From sequence record PV340851.1: a stretch of DNA of 64,000 bases. One strand, written 5' to 3'. The notes under the pieces are model-generated. The model was not told the origin of the DNA, ran no database searches, and saw nothing but the letters and a program-made list of their open reading frames with translations. The number at the start of each line of letters is the position of its first letter. The first letter of the stretch is position 1. This document shows positions 1 to 6,571 of this stretch, piece after piece. Position numbers and translations under genes: made by a program.

Positions 1-26
1 TTCCAAAAAAACAGAAAACTAAGAAA

Positions 27-96
27 TCTGAAAAACTCAAAAAGTCAAAAAACTTAAATTTTAAAGATTTTGAGTTTTTCAGAAATTTAAGTTTTA
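27..96. repeat. Two interleaved perfect inverted repeats in an AT-rich tract
   Basis: TCTGAAAAACTCAAAAA (27-43) is the reverse complement of 68-84. AAAACTTAAATT (49-60) is the reverse complement of 85-96. Confidence 0.85.
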
Positions 97-117
97 AACT
101 TTAACCATTTTTTACAA

Positions 118-363
118 ATGTTTGATTTTACAGATCAATTTGAGTCTTCTAATATTAGAAGAATTGTAGTTGGTAGAGAAGATGAGAATGTAGTTGAAAT
201 TATGTTTAAATCTTCAAAAATGAAGTATAATTATCAAATAAAAGAAGAAAATTGGGTTAATTCTTTGCAAACAGTGATTGATAGTAAAGAATCAGTCGGA
301 AAGTTTGTTAATTCTTCTATTAGAGAAGATAAACTAGAATTAATCAGTAAATTCTTGGTATAA
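118..363 (+). CDS. Hypothetical protein (81 aa), AT-rich
   Basis: ATG-started ORF with a plausible globular composition; no family recognised. Confidence 0.6.
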   Translation: MFDFTDQFESSNIRRIVVGREDENVVEIMFKSSKMKYNYQIKEENWVNSLQTVIDSKESVGKFVNSSIREDKLELISKFLV

Positions 364-366
364 TCA

Positions 367-373
367 CTAAATA
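367..373 (+). promoter_or_regulatory. T4-like late promoter (CTAAATA)
   Basis: Matches the gp55-type late motif; intergenic, 40 nt before the ORF at 413. Confidence 0.55.
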
Positions 374-412
374 ATGAATGTAATTCACAATTTAGTCTAA
401 TTAATCGTAATA

Positions 413-559
413 ATGTCTAGATCTCCATCATCAAAATCAACGAAGTACAATGTTGATGACTACGAAGACTTCGGTTATGAAGTAAAGAACGCCAAACGTT
501 ACAGCAACAAACAGAAGCAGCAACGTAAGTTCAAAGATTACTATCACGAAGAGGATTGA
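413..559 (+). CDS. Small hypothetical protein (48 aa, MSRSPSSKSTKYNVDDYEDFGY...)
   Basis: Translated by hand (below the ORF-track cutoff): ATG at 413 to TGA at 557-559. It lies between a late promoter and a terminator. Confidence 0.65.
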   Translation: MSRSPSSKSTKYNVDDYEDFGYEVKNAKRYSNKQKQQRKFKDYYHEED

Positions 560-609
560 CAACTAAATATGTGACACTAGTTGAACTGTCACACAATATT
601 ACCAAAGAG

Positions 610-647
610 AGGGTGATCGTGTATTGTATACATGGTTGCCCTTTTTT
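610..647 (+). terminator. Rho-independent terminator
   Basis: 15-bp stem (610-624 with 628-642, including four G-U pairs) and a 3-nt loop, followed by a T-run (642-647). Confidence 0.65.
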
Positions 648-808
648 ATTGCACACGACTGAACCTTACTTACCCAGTGGAGTTGAGTATACTTCTGGGG
701 TTAACTTTTGGCGTTTCGTTATTAAGAATGTTTTGGCTGCCTCAACCAGTTGGCAAAGTGGCACAGTGACCCCAGCGAATCGCCAAACCCCATGCTTATA
801 ATAGGTGC

Positions 809-994
809 ATGAAAACAAAACGACTTCTCTCCTCTCCCCAGACCCTGCAGGACCTGCAGGATTTCATGTTTGACTCCATGCTACCCGCTGAGATGTGCGT
901 CGATTGGTTTTGCGATCGTTTCAACGTGTCTGCCACGGATGACGTGATAGACTACGTGATCGATGCCCATTTCGGCATGTTCGCAGACCAGTGA
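809..994 (+). CDS. Early hypothetical protein (61 aa)
   Basis: ATG 6 nt after TATAAT (797), so probably near-leaderless; acidic helical sequence. Confidence 0.65.
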   Translation: MKTKRLLSSPQTLQDLQDFMFDSMLPAEMCVDWFCDRFNVSATDDVIDYVIDAHFGMFADQ

Positions 995-1071
995 GACAAG
1001 TGGCACAGCATCTGTTGATCTGTGCCCCATCTCATGTATTGTATACACATCAACCAAATTCATTCAATTTC

Positions 1072-1398
1072 ATGCGTAAGATCGAACGACTGATGAACTC
1101 TGCCATCAAAGAGTCACGGGACTGGAAGAATGCCAACACTCGCGTTGAGAACATCGACGACGTGTCTGTTGTATACCTGCACGGCAACAAAATTGCTGAG
1201 ATTGGTGACAACTTTGTTCGTGTATTTGATGGCGGTTGGCAGTCTAACACCACTAAGAGTCGTCTCAATGCCATTATCAATGAGTTCTGCGATCCTTACA
1301 CTGATGGTGTCTATCAGCACAAGTTTGAGTGGTTCATCACTGATAACAAGTTCATCAAAAAGTTTGTCAATGGTTACGAATTCGTGGGTGCTGTTTGA
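1072..1398 (+). CDS. Early hypothetical protein (108 aa, GWQSNTTKSRLNA motif)
   Basis: Start reassigned to the in-frame ATG at 1072, downstream of the promoter at 985-1042. The motif resembles small phage proteins. Confidence 0.75.
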   Translation: MRKIERLMNSAIKESRDWKNANTRVENIDDVSVVYLHGNKIAEIGDNFVRVFDGGWQSNTTKSRLNAIINEFCDPYTDGVYQHKFEWFITDNKFIKKFVNGYEFVGAV

Positions 1399-1667
1399 TG
1401 TCTGACCCCTGCACAATCGCTCTTCAAACTGACAAACAACTCATGGCAATTCACAACAAAGATCTAGAAGGACTCATCGAAAACTATGCATGGCATATTA
1501 TTGATGGGTTAGATCATAAGTCTGCTGATCAAATGTTGTTTGATTTGTTGACTCGTGAATATGAAAAGATGACGTGGGATGAGGTTACTGATGAGGTTGT
1601 AGATCTCTACGGGGAGGATACATTAATTGACCTGTTGCCAGACGCCACAGAAGACCAGTCTGCCTAG
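1398..1667 (+). CDS. Early hypothetical protein (about 89 aa, acidic)
   Basis: TGATG stop/start overlap with the previous gene. Confidence 0.65.
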   Translation: MSDPCTIALQTDKQLMAIHNKDLEGLIENYAWHIIDGLDHKSADQMLFDLLTREYEKMTWDEVTDEVVDLYGEDTLIDLLPDATEDQSA

Positions 1668-1717
1668 TGGCACACTCTGCCCCTCACTCTGCCCCATCCT
1701 GTGCCTATAATAAGGAC

Positions 1718-1948
1718 ATGAACAATCAACCACGCTTCGCCATCCAACCCGCTGCCTGGGGTAAGTTCGATGAGCATGGGGCAGACTACTGCATCAGCAT
1801 CGCCCACGCTTATAAGATCGCCCAGGGCACCACAGAGGACATGATGATTTTTCGACTCACCACAGGCAACCCCATCGCATGGGTGAGGGTCTATGCTGAC
1901 GAGAGCATCGACGCTGTGACGGATGAGCATCTGGCACTGCTGGACTGA
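1718..1948 (+). CDS. Early hypothetical protein (76 aa)
   Basis: ATG at 1718 preceded by AAGGA and by TATAAT (1706); start trimmed from the track's GTG at 1667. Confidence 0.7.
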   Translation: MNNQPRFAIQPAAWGKFDEHGADYCISIAHAYKIAQGTTEDMMIFRLTTGNPIAWVRVYADESIDAVTDEHLALLD

Positions 1949-1980
1949 CTTCTCACTGCATCATCCTCTATAATAAGCAC

Positions 1981-2178
1981 ATGACAAACAAAGCAATGAA
2001 ACCATCCGATTTCCCCATGGCACAGTCCCTCACCTTTGCCAACCTCACAGGCAGAGCAGGGCAACCCATGGACTTCGATGGTGACTTCGATGATCACTTC
2101 ACCGCCGAAGACTACGACCGCCGAAGGGCACAGCGTGACGGTTGGGGAACTGACTCCTGGGACCGTTACTGCCGCTGA
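1981..2178 (+). CDS. Early hypothetical protein (65 aa)
   Basis: ATG just after TATAAT (1969). Confidence 0.6.
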   Translation: MTNKAMKPSDFPMAQSLTFANLTGRAGQPMDFDGDFDDHFTAEDYDRRRAQRDGWGTDSWDRYCR

Positions 2179-2219
2179 TCATCCTCTATACTAACGAAGT
2201 ACACACAACACACAACACC

Positions 2220-2441
2220 ATGAACGGTTGGGCAAACTACGAGACCTGGAATGCTTCCCTCTGGATCAACAATGAAGAGCACCTCTATCGTATCGCTAGG
2301 CGTGCTTATTCTTGGCAGAATTGTGTAGACCTGCTGCGTCTCAATGGCATCATCAAAACAGGTGATGACGTGCGCTTCGATGACATCAACATCGACACAG
2401 ATGAGATGAACGAAATGATCGAAGAACTCATCGAAGGTTGA
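2220..2441 (+). CDS. Early hypothetical protein (73 aa, NGWANYETW motif)
   Basis: The N-terminal NGWxNYETW motif is recurrent in small phage proteins; the gene follows the promoter at 2135-2192. Confidence 0.75.
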   Translation: MNGWANYETWNASLWINNEEHLYRIARRAYSWQNCVDLLRLNGIIKTGDDVRFDDINIDTDEMNEMIEELIEG

Positions 2442-2443
2442 TC

Positions 2444-2644
2444 ATGAACATCAGGAAGTATCGCAAAGAGGTGGATGATATCATGTCATCCTTTGGTTTC
2501 ATTTTCTTAGACGATTCTAAGCATTTGAAATACAAACACCCAACGCTAGGCATTGTGCAAACCTGCAGCAAATCACCGAGTGATAACTATGCACTGGCAC
2601 AGATTAAGCGACAATGCAGACGATCAGTGGCAGCAGCAAGTTAA
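2444..2644 (+). CDS. HicA-like (dsRBD-fold) small protein, orphan
   Basis: Pattern helix-GF-strand-SKH-LKYKHP-strand-PSD-helix parallels HicA (GW..GSH..FKHP). No HicB-like neighbour is present. Confidence 0.55.
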   Translation: MNIRKYRKEVDDIMSSFGFIFLDDSKHLKYKHPTLGIVQTCSKSPSDNYALAQIKRQCRRSVAAAS

Positions 2645-2648
2645 CAGC

Positions 2649-2675
2649 AGGGGGCAGTAATATGCCCCCTTTTGT
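2649..2675 (+). terminator. Rho-independent terminator closing the early cassette
   Basis: AGGGGGCA-gtaata-TGCCCCCT followed by TTTGT. Confidence 0.85.
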
Positions 2676-2741
2676 GTATACCCCCGATCGCCGAGCGGGT
2701 CCCATCTAGCGTTACTAACCTACAAAGTGTTACCCAACCGA

Positions 2742-2749
2742 GATAAATA
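2742..2749 (+). promoter_or_regulatory. T4-like late promoter (GATAAATA)
   Basis: Intergenic late motif ahead of the small genes preceding gp25. Confidence 0.6.
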
Positions 2750-2812
2750 TTATGTACTGGGGAATTAGAAAACCCTGAGAGGCGCTATATAAAAAAATCC
2801 CCCAGGTAAAAA

Positions 2813-2917
2813 ATGACCAAAAAGGTTGCGAGGACTACAAAGAAAGGTCCAGATATGACTCTAATGGGGTTATATGTATTTTTCCACACATTTTGGAGTA
2901 ATTTACTAGATGACTGA
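2813..2917 (+). CDS. Possible micro-ORF (34 aa, MTKKVARTTKKGPDMTLMGLYVFFHTFWSNLLDD)
   Basis: Translated by hand; basic N-terminus then a hydrophobic stretch; overlaps the next start. Confidence 0.35.
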   Translation: MTKKVARTTKKGPDMTLMGLYVFFHTFWSNLLDD

Positions 2918-3173
2918 CGAACAGCGTATTAAGTTCAAGACAAAGGACGGTACTATCAAAGAGCAGAGGTTTGATGACTTCAATGAATTTGCCGATGCCA
3001 TTGAGGATGCTGCGATGGATTATTATAAGGGAGCAGATGCTGCACCAGAGATGGAGATCAGTGCTGCGTTCGGCGCATATGGATTAGAGTACAAGGAGAA
3101 CTTTAAAGATGGACAAAGAACTGGAAGTGAGATTGAGTTCCTTGGAGAAGAGACTGGAGAAGTTAGAGAATAA
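2910..3173 (+). CDS. Hypothetical protein (87 aa, acidic)
   Basis: ATG ORF with upstream GGAG. Confidence 0.7.
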   Translation: MTDEQRIKFKTKDGTIKEQRFDDFNEFADAIEDAAMDYYKGADAAPEMEISAAFGAYGLEYKENFKDGQRTGSEIEFLGEETGEVRE

Positions 3174-3312
3174 ACCACCAGGGGCACTTATGTACCGTCG
3201 TCCTGGCGGCGAGGAGCATGAGAACTTGGTAGATTTTCTCAATGATTCGTATATCGAACTACAGAAGGTAAAGGTATGTCTGGCAGACTTGTTGCAACAG
3301 AATCAGCAATAG
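3109..3312 (+). CDS. Hypothetical protein (67 aa, coiled-coil N-terminus, MYRRPG motif)
   Basis: ATG preceded by AGGAG; heptad pattern; overlaps both neighbours. Confidence 0.55.
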   Translation: MDKELEVRLSSLEKRLEKLENKPPGALMYRRPGGEEHENLVDFLNDSYIELQKVKVCLADLLQQNQQ

Positions 3313-3608
3313 ATTCAGGTGGTACTGGAGCATGTAATACGCCACCGTTAGTTCTTGGGAGACCAGGGGGAGATCCTGTTAGGGTCTTTTGTGGTAAGCA
3401 GATGGTTGTAAAGGAAGGAGATACATTCAACCCTGCACCAGGCACAACGCCTAAGGGGGATCCCTGTACGTCTCCAAGGACGTTGATTGCCAAGAGGAAG
3501 GTATTCGTATCCAAGAGGTCTATAGGCGTCTTACAGGACGTTCTGAACAGTTCTACGAATATTATAATAAATAAGGATTCTGGACAGCATAGAGTATTTG
3601 CTGTATAA
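3276..3608 (+). CDS. PAAR-like baseplate spike-tip protein (gp5.4-like)
   Basis: Degenerate PAAR-type repeats (RVFCGKQMVVKEGD, KVFVSKRSIGVLQD, terminal RVFA), Cys residues, 110 aa, located just upstream of gp25. Confidence 0.55.
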   Translation: MSGRLVATESAIDSGGTGACNTPPLVLGRPGGDPVRVFCGKQMVVKEGDTFNPAPGTTPKGDPCTSPRTLIAKRKVFVSKRSIGVLQDVLNSSTNIIINKDSGQHRVFAV

Positions 3609-3609
3609 T
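3567..3609 (+). promoter_or_regulatory. Tandem late promoter (ATAAATA 3567-3573) and sigma70-like promoter (TGGACA-17-TATAAT, 3581-3609)
   Basis: Motifs read directly; the -35/-10 spacing is exactly 17 nt. Confidence 0.65.
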
Positions 3610-3635
3610 GAGAAGGTACTACAAAGGACAACACA

Positions 3636-3770
3636 ATGGCAATGTTGAAAAATGGCAGTTATATCGAGGGCAAACCCAAGATGACCCGACAGGGTTCAGG
3701 GGCGAACACGAAGTATGCTGCCACGTCACGAAACAAGGCACGTAAGAAGTATCGTGGACAAGGTAAGTAA
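3636..3770 (+). CDS. Small basic protein (44 aa, ...SRNKARKKYRGQGK)
   Basis: Translated by hand; AAGGA RBS upstream and dedicated promoters. Confidence 0.75.
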   Translation: MAMLKNGSYIEGKPKMTRQGSGANTKYAATSRNKARKKYRGQGK

Positions 3771-4194
3771 GATTAAGGAATGGATTCAGAAGATATCTGA
3801 GTCTAACGAAGCACTTGGCGGTTATAGCATCTGTCCTTATGCAGGTGCTGCCAAGTATTCGGTCACAGAGTGTGACTTAAAAGATATTGTATGGAAGGTC
3901 GATACTAGCTCTGATGATGTACAAATCTTTATAGTAGAGGATGATTGTACGTTAGATGAGATTGTAGACTGGCGAAATGCGTTAAATAGAAGATATAAGG
4001 ACTACTTGTTCTTAGATGATCACATCGATGAAGCAACGTTTATCCAAGGTATACAGAGTAACTTTGGGAAAGGTAATATAATGATTGCCCAGAGACGTGA
4101 TGAGTTGTATAGAGCAAGAAATACTTTGCATAAGACAGAGTATTATAGTTACTGGTCGGAAGAACTTTACGGGAGAATTCTCAATGGCAAATAG
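3754..4194 (+). CDS. Hypothetical protein (ICPYA motif, possibly DUF1415-like)
   Basis: Start probably at the GTG at 3754 rather than 3715, which would overlap the 44-aa gene deeply. The W...ICPYA pattern recalls DUF1415. Confidence 0.6.
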   Translation: MDKVSKIKEWIQKISESNEALGGYSICPYAGAAKYSVTECDLKDIVWKVDTSSDDVQIFIVEDDCTLDEIVDWRNALNRRYKDYLFLDDHIDEATFIQGIQSNFGKGNIMIAQRRDELYRARNTLHKTEYYSYWSEELYGRILNGK

Positions 4195-4333
4195 TCCAAC
4201 GGATCTAGGTGAGTCTTTCAAAAAAAGCGGGATGACTCTGATTACACAACCAGCGAGCGACCGCTGGTTGAACATGGCAAGAAAAAAACAAGACTCAAAG
4301 CGTATTCCTTTTACAGAACGTCTAGAGGATTGA
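4184..4333 (+). CDS. Small hypothetical protein (49 aa, MANSPTDLGESFKKSGMTLITQP...)
   Basis: In-frame ATG at 4184 with upstream GGAG; overlaps the previous stop. Confidence 0.6.
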   Translation: MANSPTDLGESFKKSGMTLITQPASDRWLNMARKKQDSKRIPFTERLED

Positions 4334-4340
4334 CTAAATA
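4334..4340 (+). promoter_or_regulatory. Late promoter (CTAAATA) for the baseplate operon
   Basis: 25 nt upstream of the gp25 start. Confidence 0.75.
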
Positions 4341-4364
4341 AGGTAGACAAACTCTAACAATAGT

Positions 4365-4757
4365 GTGGCAAAGTTTCAAACCTTTAAGGATTTGAATATT
4401 ACGTTCAAACCTCATCCTGTTACTGGCGATTTAATCGTCAAGAAGGATGATGCTGCCGTAAAACAAGCAATTGTTAATTTATTAATGACCAGTAGAGGAG
4501 AGCGTCCATTTCAACCCAATCTAGGGTCTGATTTGAGGCGCATTCTTTTTAATCCATTAGATGCCTCTACTGCGGCACAGATTGGTGAAAATATTAGGGA
4601 AACGTTAGACACCTACGAACCAAGGATTAGTATCCTACAATTAGATGTAGATGCTAATTTTGATGATAATGGTTTTGATGTTGAATTAGAGTTTGAAATT
4701 ATCGGTAGAGAAGATACACCTACTGCTATAGAATTCTTTCTAGAGAGAACTCGATAA
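4365..4757 (+). CDS. gp25: Baseplate wedge subunit gp25
   Basis: FKDL..F..HPVTGDL, AVKQAIVNLLMT..GERPFQP.LGS and YEPRI motifs of the gp25/GPW family. Confidence 0.95.
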   Translation: MAKFQTFKDLNITFKPHPVTGDLIVKKDDAAVKQAIVNLLMTSRGERPFQPNLGSDLRRILFNPLDASTAAQIGENIRETLDTYEPRISILQLDVDANFDDNGFDVELEFEIIGREDTPTAIEFFLERTR

Positions 4758-6566
4758 ATGCCATACGTACAACTTTCCAACTTAGATTTTAATGATATCA
4801 AGGCAGCTCTTAGGGAATACCTTAGGGGTCAGTCGGACTTTACTGATTTTGACTTTGAAGGTTCGGTATGGTCGAACTTGTTAGATGTTTTAGCATATAA
4901 CACCTATTATACAGCATTCAACACTAATATGGTGGTGAATGAGATGTTCCTTGACAGCGCGACGTTAAGGGACAATGTAGTAGCACTTGCAAAGCAATTA
5001 GGTTATAGACCTAAGAGTGCTATTGCACCAAAAGCAATTGTTAACTTTGATGTTAACATTCCACTGTCTCCACCTCCTGAGGTAGTCCTCAAGCGTGGTA
5101 CAGGTTTTACTGCAACTTATGATACTGTACAGTATAACTTTGTTGTTTTGGATGATGTCAAGACACAAGTTATCAATAACGTTGCAGGATTTAATGGTAT
5201 TTCAATTTACGAAGGTAACTTTGTAGTCGATGAGTATATTGTAAATTCCAGTATTCCACAGAAATTTGTTATTAACAACCCCAATGCTGATGTGTCTACT
5301 CTACGAGTAAGGGTCTATCCATCAGAAAATGCTACTGCAGGTGAAATGTTTGCCAGGGCAGAGACCATTCTAGATGTCACTGGTGAAAGTGATGTTTATT
5401 ATATTGAAGAAGTAGAAGATGAGAAGTATGAGATCTTCTTTGGTGATGGTATCCTAGGTAAGCAACTAGAGAATGGCAATAAGGTAGAGATTACTTACTT
5501 GTCTACAAATGGTCCTGCTTCTAACGGTGCAAAGACCTTCACCTTTAATGGCGTCCTAGAAGACGCTGCAGGTGGTTCTGCCTTCTCCTTTACGGTAGAC
5601 TACAATTCTGCCTCTGACCTCGTAGAGGTTGCCACAGGAGGAGCAGAGATCGAATCTGTTGCCAAGATCAAGTATAATGCTCCAAAACTGTACGGCACAC
5701 AGAATCGTGCTGTAACTGCTGCTGATTATGCAGCGATTGTACGTGAGATCTATCCTGCAGTTGCTGACATCATTACTTTTGGTGGTGAAGAAGATGATCC
5801 CCCTGAGTATGGTAAGGTCAAGATTGCAATCAGACCATTGAATTCTACTAGACTAAGTTCTGTTACAAAAAAGCAAATTGTCGATGAACTAAAACCTTAT
5901 ATGATAGCATCTGTTACGCCTGATGTAATTGATGCTTCTACTTTATTCGTGGAGATGACCTCTAATATCTTCTACGATAAGACTAAGACTAATTTGACGC
6001 AAGATCAGATTAAGTCTAAGGTACTGGCAAATCTAGAAGCATACATTGCATCTTCCGACACAGAGAAGTTCAATGGTAAGTTCCGATATTCCAAATTTAT
6101 TGGTGTTATTGATGATAGTGATCGTTCTATCAACAGCAACCTTACTACTGTAAAAATGAGGAAAGATTTCTATCCTCAGATCAATAGTAAGTTCTTCTAT
6201 GAAATTTGCTATCAGAATGCATTTGATGCTACTTGTGATGATGATGTCATTGTTCAGTCCACAGGATTTAAAATTAGCGAGTATCCTCTCTACACGGTCT
6301 ATCTCGAAGATAGGTTCGGCAAAATCGTCCTATATAGAATAGATACCACAAACGGTGAAAAGATCGTTCTTAACGACTCTGTTGGAACGGTTGATTACGA
6401 AAAAGGTGAGGTCAAGTTGTATGATTTGACTATTATCAAGGGCAGTTTCTTTGACAACCGTATTGAGATTAGGACTGTACCACTGAGTAATGATATTAGT
6501 GCTTCGAGAGAAGTATATCTCGATGTTGATATTCCAAAGAGTTCGTTCACGATTTACACAGAGTAA
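4758..6566 (+). CDS. gp6: Baseplate wedge subunit gp6
   Basis: LDFNDIK, FTDFDFEGS..S.LLDVLAYNTYY, FLDSATLRDNVV.LAK.LGYRP and QNRAVT..DY motifs. Confidence 0.95.
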   Translation: MPYVQLSNLDFNDIKAALREYLRGQSDFTDFDFEGSVWSNLLDVLAYNTYYTAFNTNMVVNEMFLDSATLRDNVVALAKQLGYRPKSAIAPKAIVNFDVNIPLSPPPEVVLKRGTGFTATYDTVQYNFVVLDDVKTQVINNVAGFNGISIYEGNFVVDEYIVNSSIPQKFVINNPNADVSTLRVRVYPSENATAGEMFARAETILDVTGESDVYYIEEVEDEKYEIFFGDGILGKQLENGNKVEITYLSTNGPASNGAKTFTFNGVLEDAAGGSAFSFTVDYNSASDLVEVATGGAEIESVAKIKYNAPKLYGTQNRAVTAADYAAIVREIYPAVADIITFGGEEDDPPEYGKVKIAIRPLNSTRLSSVTKKQIVDELKPYMIASVTPDVIDASTLFVEMTSNIFYDKTKTNLTQDQIKSKVLANLEAYIASSDTEKFNGKFRYSKFIGVIDDSDRSINSNLTTVKMRKDFYPQINSKFFYEICYQNAFDATCDDDVIVQSTGFKISEYPLYTVYLEDRFGKIVLYRIDTTNGEKIVLNDSVGTVDYEKGEVKLYDLTIIKGSFFDNRIEIRTVPLSNDISASREVYLDVDIPKSSFTIYTE

Positions 6567-6571
6567 CTTAA

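Larger units (their letters stand above)
571..2192 (+). promoter_or_regulatory. Six early-type promoters: 7-8-7 dyad element plus -10 box
   Basis: Dyads start at 571, 743, 985, 1652, 1916 and 2135 (consensus about GTG[A/C]CAG-N8-[C/G]TG[G/T]CAC). The -10 boxes TATTGT/TATAAT/TATACT are at 622, 797, 1037, 1706, 1969 and 2187, 36-39 nt after the start of the right half-site. Confidence 0.75.

Noticed and set aside
556-801. 81-aa track ORF starting at TTG 556
   Set aside because: It runs through a promoter dyad and a terminator, has no RBS, and overlaps the better-supported 413-559 gene.
2101-2126. Direct repeat ACCGCCGAAG twice
   Set aside because: Short, coding and a single pair; no further copies seen.
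571-2192. Regularly recurring motif read as a CRISPR array or CRP sites
   Set aside because: Spacing is irregular and the intervening DNA is coding. TGTGA...TCACA at 570-593 has a 14-nt spacer, not the 6 nt of CRP sites.
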